Shown here: piece after piece, positions 50,201 to 56,957 of the stretch
Numbering within the stretch: position 1 is the first letter of the stretch
Layout of the letters: every line of letters begins with the position of its first letter
Origin: Planctomycetota bacterium
GTDB lineage: Bacteria > Planctomycetota > UBA8108 > SXIK01
Reading direction: 5' to 3'
Assembly (NCBI GenBank): GCA_965223845.1
Contig: CBDCXR010000004.1
Coordinates: forward strand, 1,312,001-1,376,000
DNA length: 64,000 bases
Program-made: the position numbers and the translations under genes
The notes under the pieces: generated by a model
Database searches by the model: none
What the model was told of the DNA's origin: nothing
Seen by the model: the letters and a program-made list of their open reading frames with translations, nothing else

Positions 50201-50683
50201 CTCTCGCGCCAGGGTGTCTCGTACGTCTTTACGTGGGCCAAGAACCGCGCGCAGTGGGAGTGGAAGAAGATCACGAGGCGATTCGGCGAAGCCGAAGAAG
50301 AGCTGACGCCGGCCGAGTTTCGTTCGACGCAAATCGAGGCCGCGTTTTACGACGCGCTCGCGCATTACGACGTGACGGACTACCCGGGGAAGGTCATCCT
50401 CTTCCGGCCCAAGCTCGACGAGTCTCACCGGCTGAGCGGAGGACGCGTCGCGAACAAGGACCGACGCCTCGTCGATCCGACCAATCACTGGGCTCCGTAC
50501 GTCTCCGGCGGGATCGAGGTGCACGAAGTCGTCGGCGATCACGACAGCATGGTCCTCGAGCCGAATGTGCGCGTGCTCGCGAAGAATCTGCGCGCGGCGG
50601 TGGAGGAGGCGCAGCTCGCCTGGGCAGTGGCCGCGAGCCCCGAGACGGCAGCGGAGAGATCGGTCGTCGAGCCCGCGCGTTGA
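44249..50683 (+). CDS. Single-module type I polyketide synthase, KS-AT-KR-DH-ACP-TE
   Basis: KS QTACSTS / HGTGT / NIGH; AT GHSMG and VAAHS; KR GGLGGIG, HAAGNLDD, DYTAAN; DH EHRTRAGQMLVPG and HPALLD; carrier FFEVGGHSL; TE GFSGG and GDHDSM. Confidence 0.95.
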   Translation: MDFADTDIAIVGISARFPGSPDADAYWKSLRDGVESIRSYSDEELVAAGVPASEVARSNYVKAGAPLEEMEWFDAGFFGFGPKDAAVLDPQHRHFLECSWEALEDSGTRPATFPGSIGVFAGVGMQSYFIFNLLTNREVMDTMGLFLVRHTGNDKDFLPTRVSYCLDLRGPSVSVQTACSTSLVAVHLAVQSLINGECDLALAGGATIEVPHRHGYLFKEQEILSPDGHCRSFDASSRGTVFGSGIGVVALRRLSDAVEDGDPVHAVIKGSAINNDGSQKIGYLAPSVDGQAAVILEALSLADLSPEDIGYVETHGTGTPVGDPIEVAALTQAFRSQTDRRQFCAIGSVKSNIGHTDTAAGVAGLIKVVQALRHEMLPPSLHFESPNPACAFETSPFFVNDRLREWPRSSSPRRAGVSSLGVGGTNAHVILEEAPVLPATPPDDSWELLVFSGKTVTSAERNAERLAAHLEEHPDLHLGNVAYTYQVGREPFGHRRAVACRDGADAISAIRDGGAKRIATGTAPETEAAVVFMFPGGGAQYPQMGRDLYDALPVYRESVDRCLETLAGLVDADLRALMFPADGADVEAAAEQLRRPLLALPTLFATEYALAQLWMSWGVEPAAMTGHSMGEYTAACLAGVFTLEDALRVVTLRGRLFETLPPGGMLSVPMAEDAVRPLLGDELSIAAINGPELCVVSGGDAAIERAAERFEAKEIEFRRLKIDVAAHSSELEPILEEFRRGVGELSLSAPERPFVSNVSGTWARPEEVVTPEYWVQHLRRTVRFADGLSTILRQGPQALIEIGPGTTLGSLARMHPDRRTSDPVASSLRHPQESVDDRQFLLSNLGQLWCSGMAVDWLKFQGERERRRLSLPTYAFDRQRYWIEPGEPVARVEADDTAITKLPALEDWLQRPAWRVAGLANVEDDLAKRWLVFLDAAGVGSEVVRALRARGADVVTVREGDAFYEVGTEEFILAPEHGAEGYRLMLERLAEREWTPDEIVHLWLLTERESYRPGSNFFHRNQEQGFYSLLFLSQELSDRWLESPCGLTVVSTGMQRLGDETLAYPEKATALGPVRVIPNEFPLVRCRSFDVDLPAPRRRRAAGARFSALAEALIDEIRAGEDPEVALRGESRYVKTYEPLHLEPAKAEESRLRKGGVYLITGGLGGIGMAVAQYLAEHWQARLVLVGRSGLPERSAWDRWLGTHSERDPKSLGIRAVRELERTGAEVLVGVADVANPEQMNAVIAEANERFGPIQGVVHAAGNLDDAIIPSKTQEQIENVFSPKVHGTLVLTNLFAETALDFFVFFSSTSTILGPAGQVDYTAANCFLNALAESQRSVGRDRDSGGTFAVQWGVWNEVGMARALSRRIGQPDAEFFTARELLPHPLLDERLVTASGDIAYGATYSAESRWIIAEHRTRAGQMLVPGTAFLELARASYEDSRRSPECELKNVSFLVPLEVKEGAEREVRVELTRSDGDFSFSIRSRRSVEHPWTLHVEGGCAALASEVPGPLDLSSISERCRDVVLDEGGDALRTDQEEFLDFGPRWAVLRRAEFGRGEALARIELAPEYESEVGSFGLHPALLDIATGFALRLVEGYAPGRNLYVPVSYDRVRVYRRLPASFHSWMRPVETYTTDDDVVAFDVTLVDGEGRALVEVEGFRMKRLDTALLLPPESYASEAQLSAAERFFMTTFDAGIDVREGMEALARVLSGSTGAQIIVSSIDLDALRAGMERARESEGAGETQVKFARPNLSSEYEAPRDEVETALVAHWEELLGVDQLGVHDDFFEVGGHSLVAVRLFAKIKKEFGVELPLSVLFEAPTIAGCADIIRAQTGDREASGAGGTFRSAHKFLVPMRTVDDAKKPPFFIVAGMFGNVLNLRYLASRLGDDQPVYAVQAKGLYGDDQPHTRFEDMARDYLEEIRTVQPEGPYFLGGFSGGGITAFEMAQQLRAAGEDVGILVMLDSFPPEIPSLDWGDRLRIQAQRLSRQGVSYVFTWAKNRAQWEWKKITRRFGEAEEELTPAEFRSTQIEAAFYDALAHYDVTDYPGKVILFRPKLDESHRLSGGRVANKDRRLVDPTNHWAPYVSGGIEVHEVVGDHDSMVLEPNVRVLAKNLRAAVEEAQLAWAVAASPETAAERSVVEPAR

Positions 50684-50771
50684 CGACGGGCGAAACTCAA
50701 GCGATCAGGATCGAGGCCGAGCGCGCTCGCGCGTCCGGCACGCGAAGAGAACACTCGAGAGGAGCTTCGGA

Positions 50772-51365
50772 GTGAACGACGAACACTACTGGCGCAGCGC
50801 GCTCGAAGACGCACGGGACGTCTTGGTGAAGTTCCTAGAGGATCCGGATCAGCTCGCGAGGTGCGGCCGGTTTTCGGCGCTCGTCGGCGATGCGCTCGCC
50901 GCGGGTCACACCGTCTTCACCTGCGGAAACGGCGGGAGCCACTGCGACGCGATGCACTTCGCCGAGGAGCTCACGGGGCGCTACCGGCAGAATCGGCGAC
51001 CGCTCCCGGCGCTCGCTCTCGGTGATCCGAGCCACACCACTTGCGTGTCGAACGACTACGGGTTCGAGCACGTCTTCGCGCGTCAAGTCGAAGCGTTCGG
51101 CCGTGACGGAGATGTTCTCATCGGACTCTCGACGAGCGGCAATTCGCAGAACGTTTGCCGCGCCTTCGAGGTCGCCGAGAAGAAGGGAGTCCGGCGCGTG
51201 GGACTCCTCGGGAAGGACGGCGGCAAGCTATTGGAAATGAGCGATCTCGCGATCGTCGTCCCCGGCCAGACCTCCGATCGGATCCAGGAGATCCACATCA
51301 AGCTGATTCACACGGTGATCGAAACGGTCGAGCGCCGTCTCTTTCCCGAGAATTACGCTTCGTGA
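50772..51365 (+). CDS. gmhA: Sedoheptulose-7-phosphate isomerase
   Basis: CGNGGSHCDAMHFAEELTGRY, CVSNDYG, STSGNS, DRIQEIHIK. Confidence 0.93.
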   Translation: MNDEHYWRSALEDARDVLVKFLEDPDQLARCGRFSALVGDALAAGHTVFTCGNGGSHCDAMHFAEELTGRYRQNRRPLPALALGDPSHTTCVSNDYGFEHVFARQVEAFGRDGDVLIGLSTSGNSQNVCRAFEVAEKKGVRRVGLLGKDGGKLLEMSDLAIVVPGQTSDRIQEIHIKLIHTVIETVERRLFPENYAS

Positions 51366-51425
51366 GCGAGTCGGTCGCGTCGCCTCGGGCTGCCGGAGGC
51401 GATCGCCGTTCGCTCGGCTCCGAGA

Positions 51426-51869
51426 TCAGTCCGCGACGAGCTCGGTGACGATTTCGTTCGAAAGCGGCCCTTCGTTCCCGAAATGATCGTACGCCGCGAC
51501 GGCGACGTAGTACGTTCCGGGTTCGAGATCGTAGAGCGTGACGCGCGTGTCCGTCCCGACATCCGTCACCATGTCGTAGTTGCCGGACTCGCGGCCGTCG
51601 TAGATCCGGTAACCAGCTAGGTCACCGAGCTCGGAGCCGTCATCGTTCGCCGTCACCGAGTCCCACGTCACCTGTAGGGTCGCGGTCGCCGGCGGGGGCG
51701 GGGGAGGAGGTGGCGGCGGGGACGAGTCGGAGATCCCTCCGGTCGCGCCATCGAGATCGTCGATGAGGACCTCGTCACCGGCGCATCCGATCAGCGAGCT
51801 CGCACACACCATCGCAATGGCCCACTTCGCGACGAAACTCGTTCCTGCGAGCGAAATCGTGGCGCGCAT
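51426..51869 (-). CDS. Small lipoprotein with a poly-Pro linker and a C-terminal Fn3 domain
   Basis: Lipobox LIGC; run of 10 Pro; VTWDSVTANDDGSELGDLAGYRIY...PGTYYVAVAAYDHFGNEG; GGAGGG RBS. Confidence 0.8.
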   Translation of the reverse strand: MRATISLAGTSFVAKWAIAMVCASSLIGCAGDEVLIDDLDGATGGISDSSPPPPPPPPPPATATLQVTWDSVTANDDGSELGDLAGYRIYDGRESGNYDMVTDVGTDTRVTLYDLEPGTYYVAVAAYDHFGNEGPLSNEIVTELVAD

Positions 51870-52073
51870 GGATCCCTCCGCTTTCTCTCCGTTACCGCCC
51901 AGGGCGCCGTCGGTCCCGAGGGGGCGCGCGGTCGCCGGAAGGCGAAAGGCAACGTTCGTGCCGCGGTGCGGTGTGGAGCTGCGACGGCCCGGAAGTTGTT
52001 CTACGAGGGACAGTTACCGGATTCTCGCGCGTACCCGCCGGAGACCGCGAAGTGGCCCACGGGGCCGCGATGG

Positions 52074-52101
52074 GTAAGAACGCCACGACCGGAAACGCCT
52101 C
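52074..52101 (+). promoter_or_regulatory. Candidate ECF-sigma promoter GTAAGAACG-N13-CGCCTC
   Basis: About 225 bp upstream of the nucleotidyltransferase-like/priming transferase pair; matches 22819-22846. Confidence 0.45.
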
Positions 52102-52326
52102 GGTAGGCGAATCGGGGCGGGCGCGACGTATCGCAGCCGCGTCCGGCCGAGACGTTCGCGCGGTCTTGAGAGTCCCGAGCTCAGGAATGTTCAGCGCCGC
52201 CGCCCGCCGGCCGATGAAACCATGGCAGCCGAGTCGTCTTGACGGTTCGAGCACGCGTTCGCTACGCTCGGCTTGGTCGGCGCGCGTTCGGGCGGGATCG
52301 CCCGGAGGGAAGGGACGGAACAATCG

Positions 52327-53271
52327 ATGAGTGAGAGCCTCGGTACGGCGAGCGGTCCCAGTCCCGCCCCGCGAAGTCTTGTTTTGCTCGGCGGAATCGT
52401 CCGCGTCGATCACTTCGGCGCGGAGCTCGGACGATCGGTGCTCGACCTTCCGATCTCGCCGGACGAAACGATGTTTTCGGCCTGGCGCGAGCACGCGCAG
52501 ACCCTCGCTGAGGCGATCGGGAGCGAGCCTCTCGACGTATCGCTGGTCGTCAACTCGGACCGGACTGTTCCGGACGGGTGGTCGAACGACGACCGCGTTC
52601 GCCTCACGATCGAGCGCGACCCGGCGGAGTACCGCGGAACGGGCGGGCTCCTGCGCGACTTCGTCGCCCGCAAGTACGATGCGGATGATTGGATCCTCGT
52701 CGCCAACGCGGCGCAGCTGTTCCTCGAACCGCTTCCCCCGCTCGTCGAGCGGCTCCGTGCAGCGGGAGCCGAAGTGGCTACGCTGACTCAGAAGGACGGC
52801 ACACCCGCCGGACTCACTCTCCTCAGGTGCGGAAGTCTCGACGTGATCCCCGAGGTCGGCTACTGCGATCTCAAGGAGCAGGGGCTCGCCAAGATCGCGG
52901 AGCTCCGCCCTGTCGGCGTCGTCACACTCGAACCGACGTGTGTCCATCCCGTCCGCGGTCTCGACGACTACGTCGAAGCGCTCAAGGCCTTGTACCGCCA
53001 CCGACAAACCGGGCCGGGCGTCGTCTCCGATCCGTTTGCCGAAGAATGGCAGGCGACCTTTTCGGTCGTCGAGCCGGAGAGCGTTGTCGAGGAGGGAGCC
53101 GTTCTCCACGATGCGGTCGTCCTCCGCGGCGGCCGGGTCGAGCGGGGAGGATTCGCCGCGCGTACGATCGTCGGGCCGGGAGGTGTCGTCCGCGCCGGCG
53201 AATCGGTCATCGACGCCGTCGTCCACGAAGGTGGCGTCAGTCACCCGTCCACGGTCGTGACGGGGCGCTAA
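52327..53271 (+). CDS. Degenerate nucleotidyltransferase-like protein with C-terminal left-handed beta-helix
   Basis: LVLLGG replaces LAGGxGTRL; YRGTGGLLRD, ILVANA; C-terminal hexapeptide repeats (VEEGAV LHDAVV LRGGRV ERGGFA). Confidence 0.65.
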   Translation: MSESLGTASGPSPAPRSLVLLGGIVRVDHFGAELGRSVLDLPISPDETMFSAWREHAQTLAEAIGSEPLDVSLVVNSDRTVPDGWSNDDRVRLTIERDPAEYRGTGGLLRDFVARKYDADDWILVANAAQLFLEPLPPLVERLRAAGAEVATLTQKDGTPAGLTLLRCGSLDVIPEVGYCDLKEQGLAKIAELRPVGVVTLEPTCVHPVRGLDDYVEALKALYRHRQTGPGVVSDPFAEEWQATFSVVEPESVVEEGAVLHDAVVLRGGRVERGGFAARTIVGPGGVVRAGESVIDAVVHEGGVSHPSTVVTGR

Positions 53272-53511
53272 GGGCGGTCGTAGGGGGCCGAGGCGAGCGA
53301 CTCGCGCGCGAGATTCGGCTTGGCTCACCGGCGTCGCCTGGTTCCGAAGAACTCGCTCGACGCGGCGAGAGAGTACGGCCGATTGCGACGTTCTCGGCGG
53401 GGAGGGTATTATGATGTGCCTTCGCGCTCGCGGAATGCGGTCGCGGCCGCCATCTCGGCCCGCGATCGAGTCGCGGATCCCGCCGACTCGCCGAGAGGAG
53501 ATTCCGGTACT

Positions 53512-55017
53512 GTGTCGACCGTCGCCGCCCCGGCTCAATCGAGCTCCCGTCCGCGAGTCGCCGATCGCCCCCTCCTTTGGGGCCTCGCACCAGCTGAACT
53601 GCACGATCGATTCTGGGCGGCGCGCGGTGTCAAAGTCGTGCGGCGCGACGAGGCCGCTTCGCTCGGCGACGATGCCTCCTTCTACCTTCTCACCGAGTCG
53701 AATGCGCTCGTCACCTTCGACCTGAGCGTGCTGATGGGGGCCTTCAATTGGTTTCGAACGAAGGTGCTCGTCTTTCGACTGAGCGATCAGGCGAACCCGG
53801 ACTACCGCGAGATCGCCGTCACGGACGACGACGGGAAGCTCGTCGAGTTCCAGCGCGTCTACCGGACCGCGGAGCCGCGCGAGACGCGAGTGCTTCTCAC
53901 CCGCGACCGGGGAATTGCTGAGCTGTGGCAAGCGTCCGCTGAACCCGACGCGAGCTGGCGGCTCATGTTTCAGTTCATCTCGCCCGCGTCGCGCGTGGTC
54001 GATGTCGTCGACGGGCGAATCTACGAGATCGGCGTGCCGAACGACGAAGTCTCGCTCCTCAAGGAGCTGATGACCCTATGGGCGCGACCGGACGCGACGG
54101 TACCGCGAGTGCGCGCGGCGGGCGAACGAGTGTGGGCGGATCGCGGCGCAGAGATCGATCCGAATGCGAAGGTGCACGGTCCCCTCTGGCTCGGGTGCGG
54201 TCGAACGATCGGACCCGGCGAGAGTGCGGTCGGTGCGGCGGTCCTCTGGGACGCCGAGCCGACGGGTGAGGGAGACGATGCAGCGGACGGCGGCGCGGAG
54301 AACGAAGCGAGCGCCGACGCCGTTTCGCTGAACGGGAAGCGACGGCGGCGCGGGAACGGAACGTCGAGCCGGCGGCGCGGGGGCGAAGACGAATTCGCGG
54401 CGACGAGCGCTCGGACGGGAGGCTATTTCGGCAAGCGCGCTTTCGATATCGTGTTTTCGTTCGTCGCCCTGTGCTTCACGCTTCCCCTCTATCCGTTCAT
54501 CATGCTCGCGATCTTCCTCGAGGATGGTCGCCCGTTCTTTTTCGCGCACCGCCGCGAGACGGTGGGCGGAAAGGACTTTCCCTGCCTCAAGTTTCGGACG
54601 ATGCGCCGGGACGCCGAGGAGATCAAGAAGCGTCTTCTCGAGCAGAACCAGGTGGACGGACCGCAGTTCTACATGGAAAACGATCCGCGCATACTGCGCG
54701 TCGGCCCCTTTCTCCGCAAGCTGAAGCTCGACGAGCTGCCTCAGTTCTTGAACGTGCTCGTTGGGCACATGTCGGTTGTCGGACCGCGCCCGAGTCCGCT
54801 CTCGGAAAACCAGTTCTGTCCCGCGTGGCGCGACGCGCGCCTCAGTGTTCGTCCCGGAATCACCGGACTCTGGCAGGTACGCCGGACTCGGCGCGAGGGG
54901 CTCGATTTCCAGGAGTGGGTGCAGTACGACCTCGAGTACGTGAAGAACACGAGCTTCGCGCACGACCTGTGGATTCTCTGGCGAACCGTGTTCGTCGTGG
55001 CGTTCGGTCGCTACTAG
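53512..55017 (+). CDS. Priming phosphoglycosyltransferase (Bac_transf) with an N-terminal nucleotidyltransferase-like/LbH extension
   Basis: C-terminal KRAFDIV, KFRTM, DPRILRVGPFLRKLKLDELPQFLNVL.GHMSVVGPRP, RPGITGLWQV, DLEYV; start uncertain (53320-53512). Confidence 0.88.
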   Translation: MSTVAAPAQSSSRPRVADRPLLWGLAPAELHDRFWAARGVKVVRRDEAASLGDDASFYLLTESNALVTFDLSVLMGAFNWFRTKVLVFRLSDQANPDYREIAVTDDDGKLVEFQRVYRTAEPRETRVLLTRDRGIAELWQASAEPDASWRLMFQFISPASRVVDVVDGRIYEIGVPNDEVSLLKELMTLWARPDATVPRVRAAGERVWADRGAEIDPNAKVHGPLWLGCGRTIGPGESAVGAAVLWDAEPTGEGDDAADGGAENEASADAVSLNGKRRRRGNGTSSRRRGGEDEFAATSARTGGYFGKRAFDIVFSFVALCFTLPLYPFIMLAIFLEDGRPFFFAHRRETVGGKDFPCLKFRTMRRDAEEIKKRLLEQNQVDGPQFYMENDPRILRVGPFLRKLKLDELPQFLNVLVGHMSVVGPRPSPLSENQFCPAWRDARLSVRPGITGLWQVRRTRREGLDFQEWVQYDLEYVKNTSFAHDLWILWRTVFVVAFGRY

Positions 55018-55183
55018 ACGCGAGGACGCGCACCTCGCCGGCTTCGAGTCTCTCGAAAGCTCGCCTTCGCAGTCCCATCGCGAGCCCGGGTGAGCCTCGC
55101 CGGCTGCCGCCGGTCGAGCGAGCCTCCGGCTCTGTCCAGTCACCGGGCGTAGGGCGTCTTTAGCGAGTGCGTTCGTTGATCCA

Positions 55184-56416
55184 TTATTGTGGGCAGGCCT
55201 CGCCGCTCGGGCACAGTCTAAGCGAGTCGCCCGAGGGGTCCTTGCCACAGGATTCCGTGCCCGGGCGAGGGAGCGCCCGCCCGCCGCTGAACAGCCAGCC
55301 GAGACCGCGGACCGAATCCGACACGTCGACCTTGCCGTCGTCGTTGGCGTCTGCGGCGTCGAGACAGCGCGGCGCGCCGCCGTCCCCGAAGAGGCCGTCG
55401 AGGATTCGAATGAAATCGGCGAGATTGACGGCGCCGTCGCGGTTCGCGTCGCCACGGAGGAAGATCGCATCCCCGCTCGAGATCGGTACGGCGATCATGG
55501 GGTCGTCGGGGACGTTGGTCTCGATCTCGAGGACGGCTTGTTCCGGGTCGTCACTCTGCGGTTCGTAGCTGACCGGCACCGATACGGAGGAGTCGGCGGG
55601 AATGTCGATCGTGTCCGCTCCCGAGTCGATCGCAAAGGTCCCGGGCGATGACTCGAAGAGGGTCAGAGTAACGGTCAGCGTGCTTCCGCCGGAGTTCGTG
55701 ATCTCTACGTCGACGGTCTGCGTCTCGCCGATGGGCGTCACTCCGAAGACGACGTCGTTCGGCGAAACCTCCACGTCTGCGGCCGCGCAGATATTGACCG
55801 GCGCCGATTCGCGCACGGGATCGATCGAACGAACGCCGTAGGCCACGCGGTTGTTCACTGCTGCACCGGGACCGCGCAGCCCGTCTTCGAACTCGACCAC
55901 TGTGGCCGTGCAATCCATGAGCGGGACGTCCGCCTCGAGGGCGAGGCGCAAGACGGGGAAGCGACCGGTGGGCGGAAGGCTGACGGAACGCTCGAGCGAG
56001 AGAACGACGACACTGATCACGCCGACGTTCCCGTCGCCCTCGGTGAGGAGGGTCTGCTCGAATCCCTGGTGACGAAACCCGGTCGGGTCGTCGCTGCGGG
56101 AAGCCGCGGCCGTCTGTTCGGTCGTCGCGCCGACGATGTCTCCACCGGTCGCGACCGCGGAGATCGACCACCCTTGGGCGCCGTAGGACGTCGTGACGCC
56201 GCGGCTCTCGAGCCAGACGATCTGGCTGTAGCGGATCCTCTCGTTCCGCGTTGCGTGCACGGCGCCCAGATCGGAAACGGAGAGTGTGAATTCCTGCGCG
56301 GAGAGGCGCCCTGCCGAGACGTCGACGAGGAGCACCGCAATCCACGCGACGAGCGCGGGGAGCGATCGCCGACGCGCCGACTCGGAAAGAATCGGGCGAG
56401 AGCAACGAGGGGACAT
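55184..56416 (-). CDS. Secreted protein: cohesin-like beta-sandwich, ASH/choice-of-anchor-D Ig domain, C-terminal dockerin-like domain
   Basis: Signal peptide; AQGWSIS...VISVVVLS domain; VVFGVTPIG...ITNSGG.TL...YEP...LEIETNVPD; FLRGDANRDGAVNLAD...DAADANDDGKVDVSD...CGKDPSGDSL. Confidence 0.75.
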   Translation of the reverse strand: MSPRCSRPILSESARRRSLPALVAWIAVLLVDVSAGRLSAQEFTLSVSDLGAVHATRNERIRYSQIVWLESRGVTTSYGAQGWSISAVATGGDIVGATTEQTAAASRSDDPTGFRHQGFEQTLLTEGDGNVGVISVVVLSLERSVSLPPTGRFPVLRLALEADVPLMDCTATVVEFEDGLRGPGAAVNNRVAYGVRSIDPVRESAPVNICAAADVEVSPNDVVFGVTPIGETQTVDVEITNSGGSTLTVTLTLFESSPGTFAIDSGADTIDIPADSSVSVPVSYEPQSDDPEQAVLEIETNVPDDPMIAVPISSGDAIFLRGDANRDGAVNLADFIRILDGLFGDGGAPRCLDAADANDDGKVDVSDSVRGLGWLFSGGRALPRPGTESCGKDPSGDSLRLCPSGEACPQ

Positions 56417-56957
56417 ATCGATCTGCGTTCCTTGAGATTGGGGTCGCTGGGGGGACCGTGACGGCGGATGGATTCGGGTCAATACGTCGACCCCATCCGC
56501 AAAACCGCGGACACACGCCGATCCCTGCGCACCGGCTCTGCGTTCCAGTGAAACGCGCACCACCAATGAAGAATTGTCTGAGAAAGCACCACTCGCGACG
56601 CGCCGGTCACCGTGACTCGAGGGCTTCGCCGCCGTCCGCATTTGCCTGCGGTAGCGCGGAATCCCAGAGCGAATCAACGTCGGGCGACGTCGCCGGCCGT
56701 CGGTTCGGCGCCCGGGCACTGGCCGGTGCGCGGAGAGTCTCCGCGATCCCAACGGTCCGATCAAGTCCGTTAAGCAAACCTCGGACCACGCCCGATCGGA
56801 GTCGTCCCGGTGTCTCGTGAGGCCTTCCACCGAACGACTTACACCGATCGCCGCTCGATCGAGCCCGTCGCGCTCGCAAACGGGATCAGGACGGCGACGA
56901 AAGAGTGCGGGAATCTCCGACAGAACTCCGGAGCCTCGGCCGTAGAATGAGCGGATC

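Noticed and set aside
44720-53931. Long antisense ORFs such as 44720-47251 and 51892-53931
   Set aside because: Stop-poor shadows of high-GC genes with no recognisable motifs; the same applies to most overlapping ORFs in the track
56818-56843. Further GTAAG box upstream of the cohesin/dockerin gene
   Set aside because: No CRYCTY box at 16-17 nt spacing, so it is not counted in the motif set
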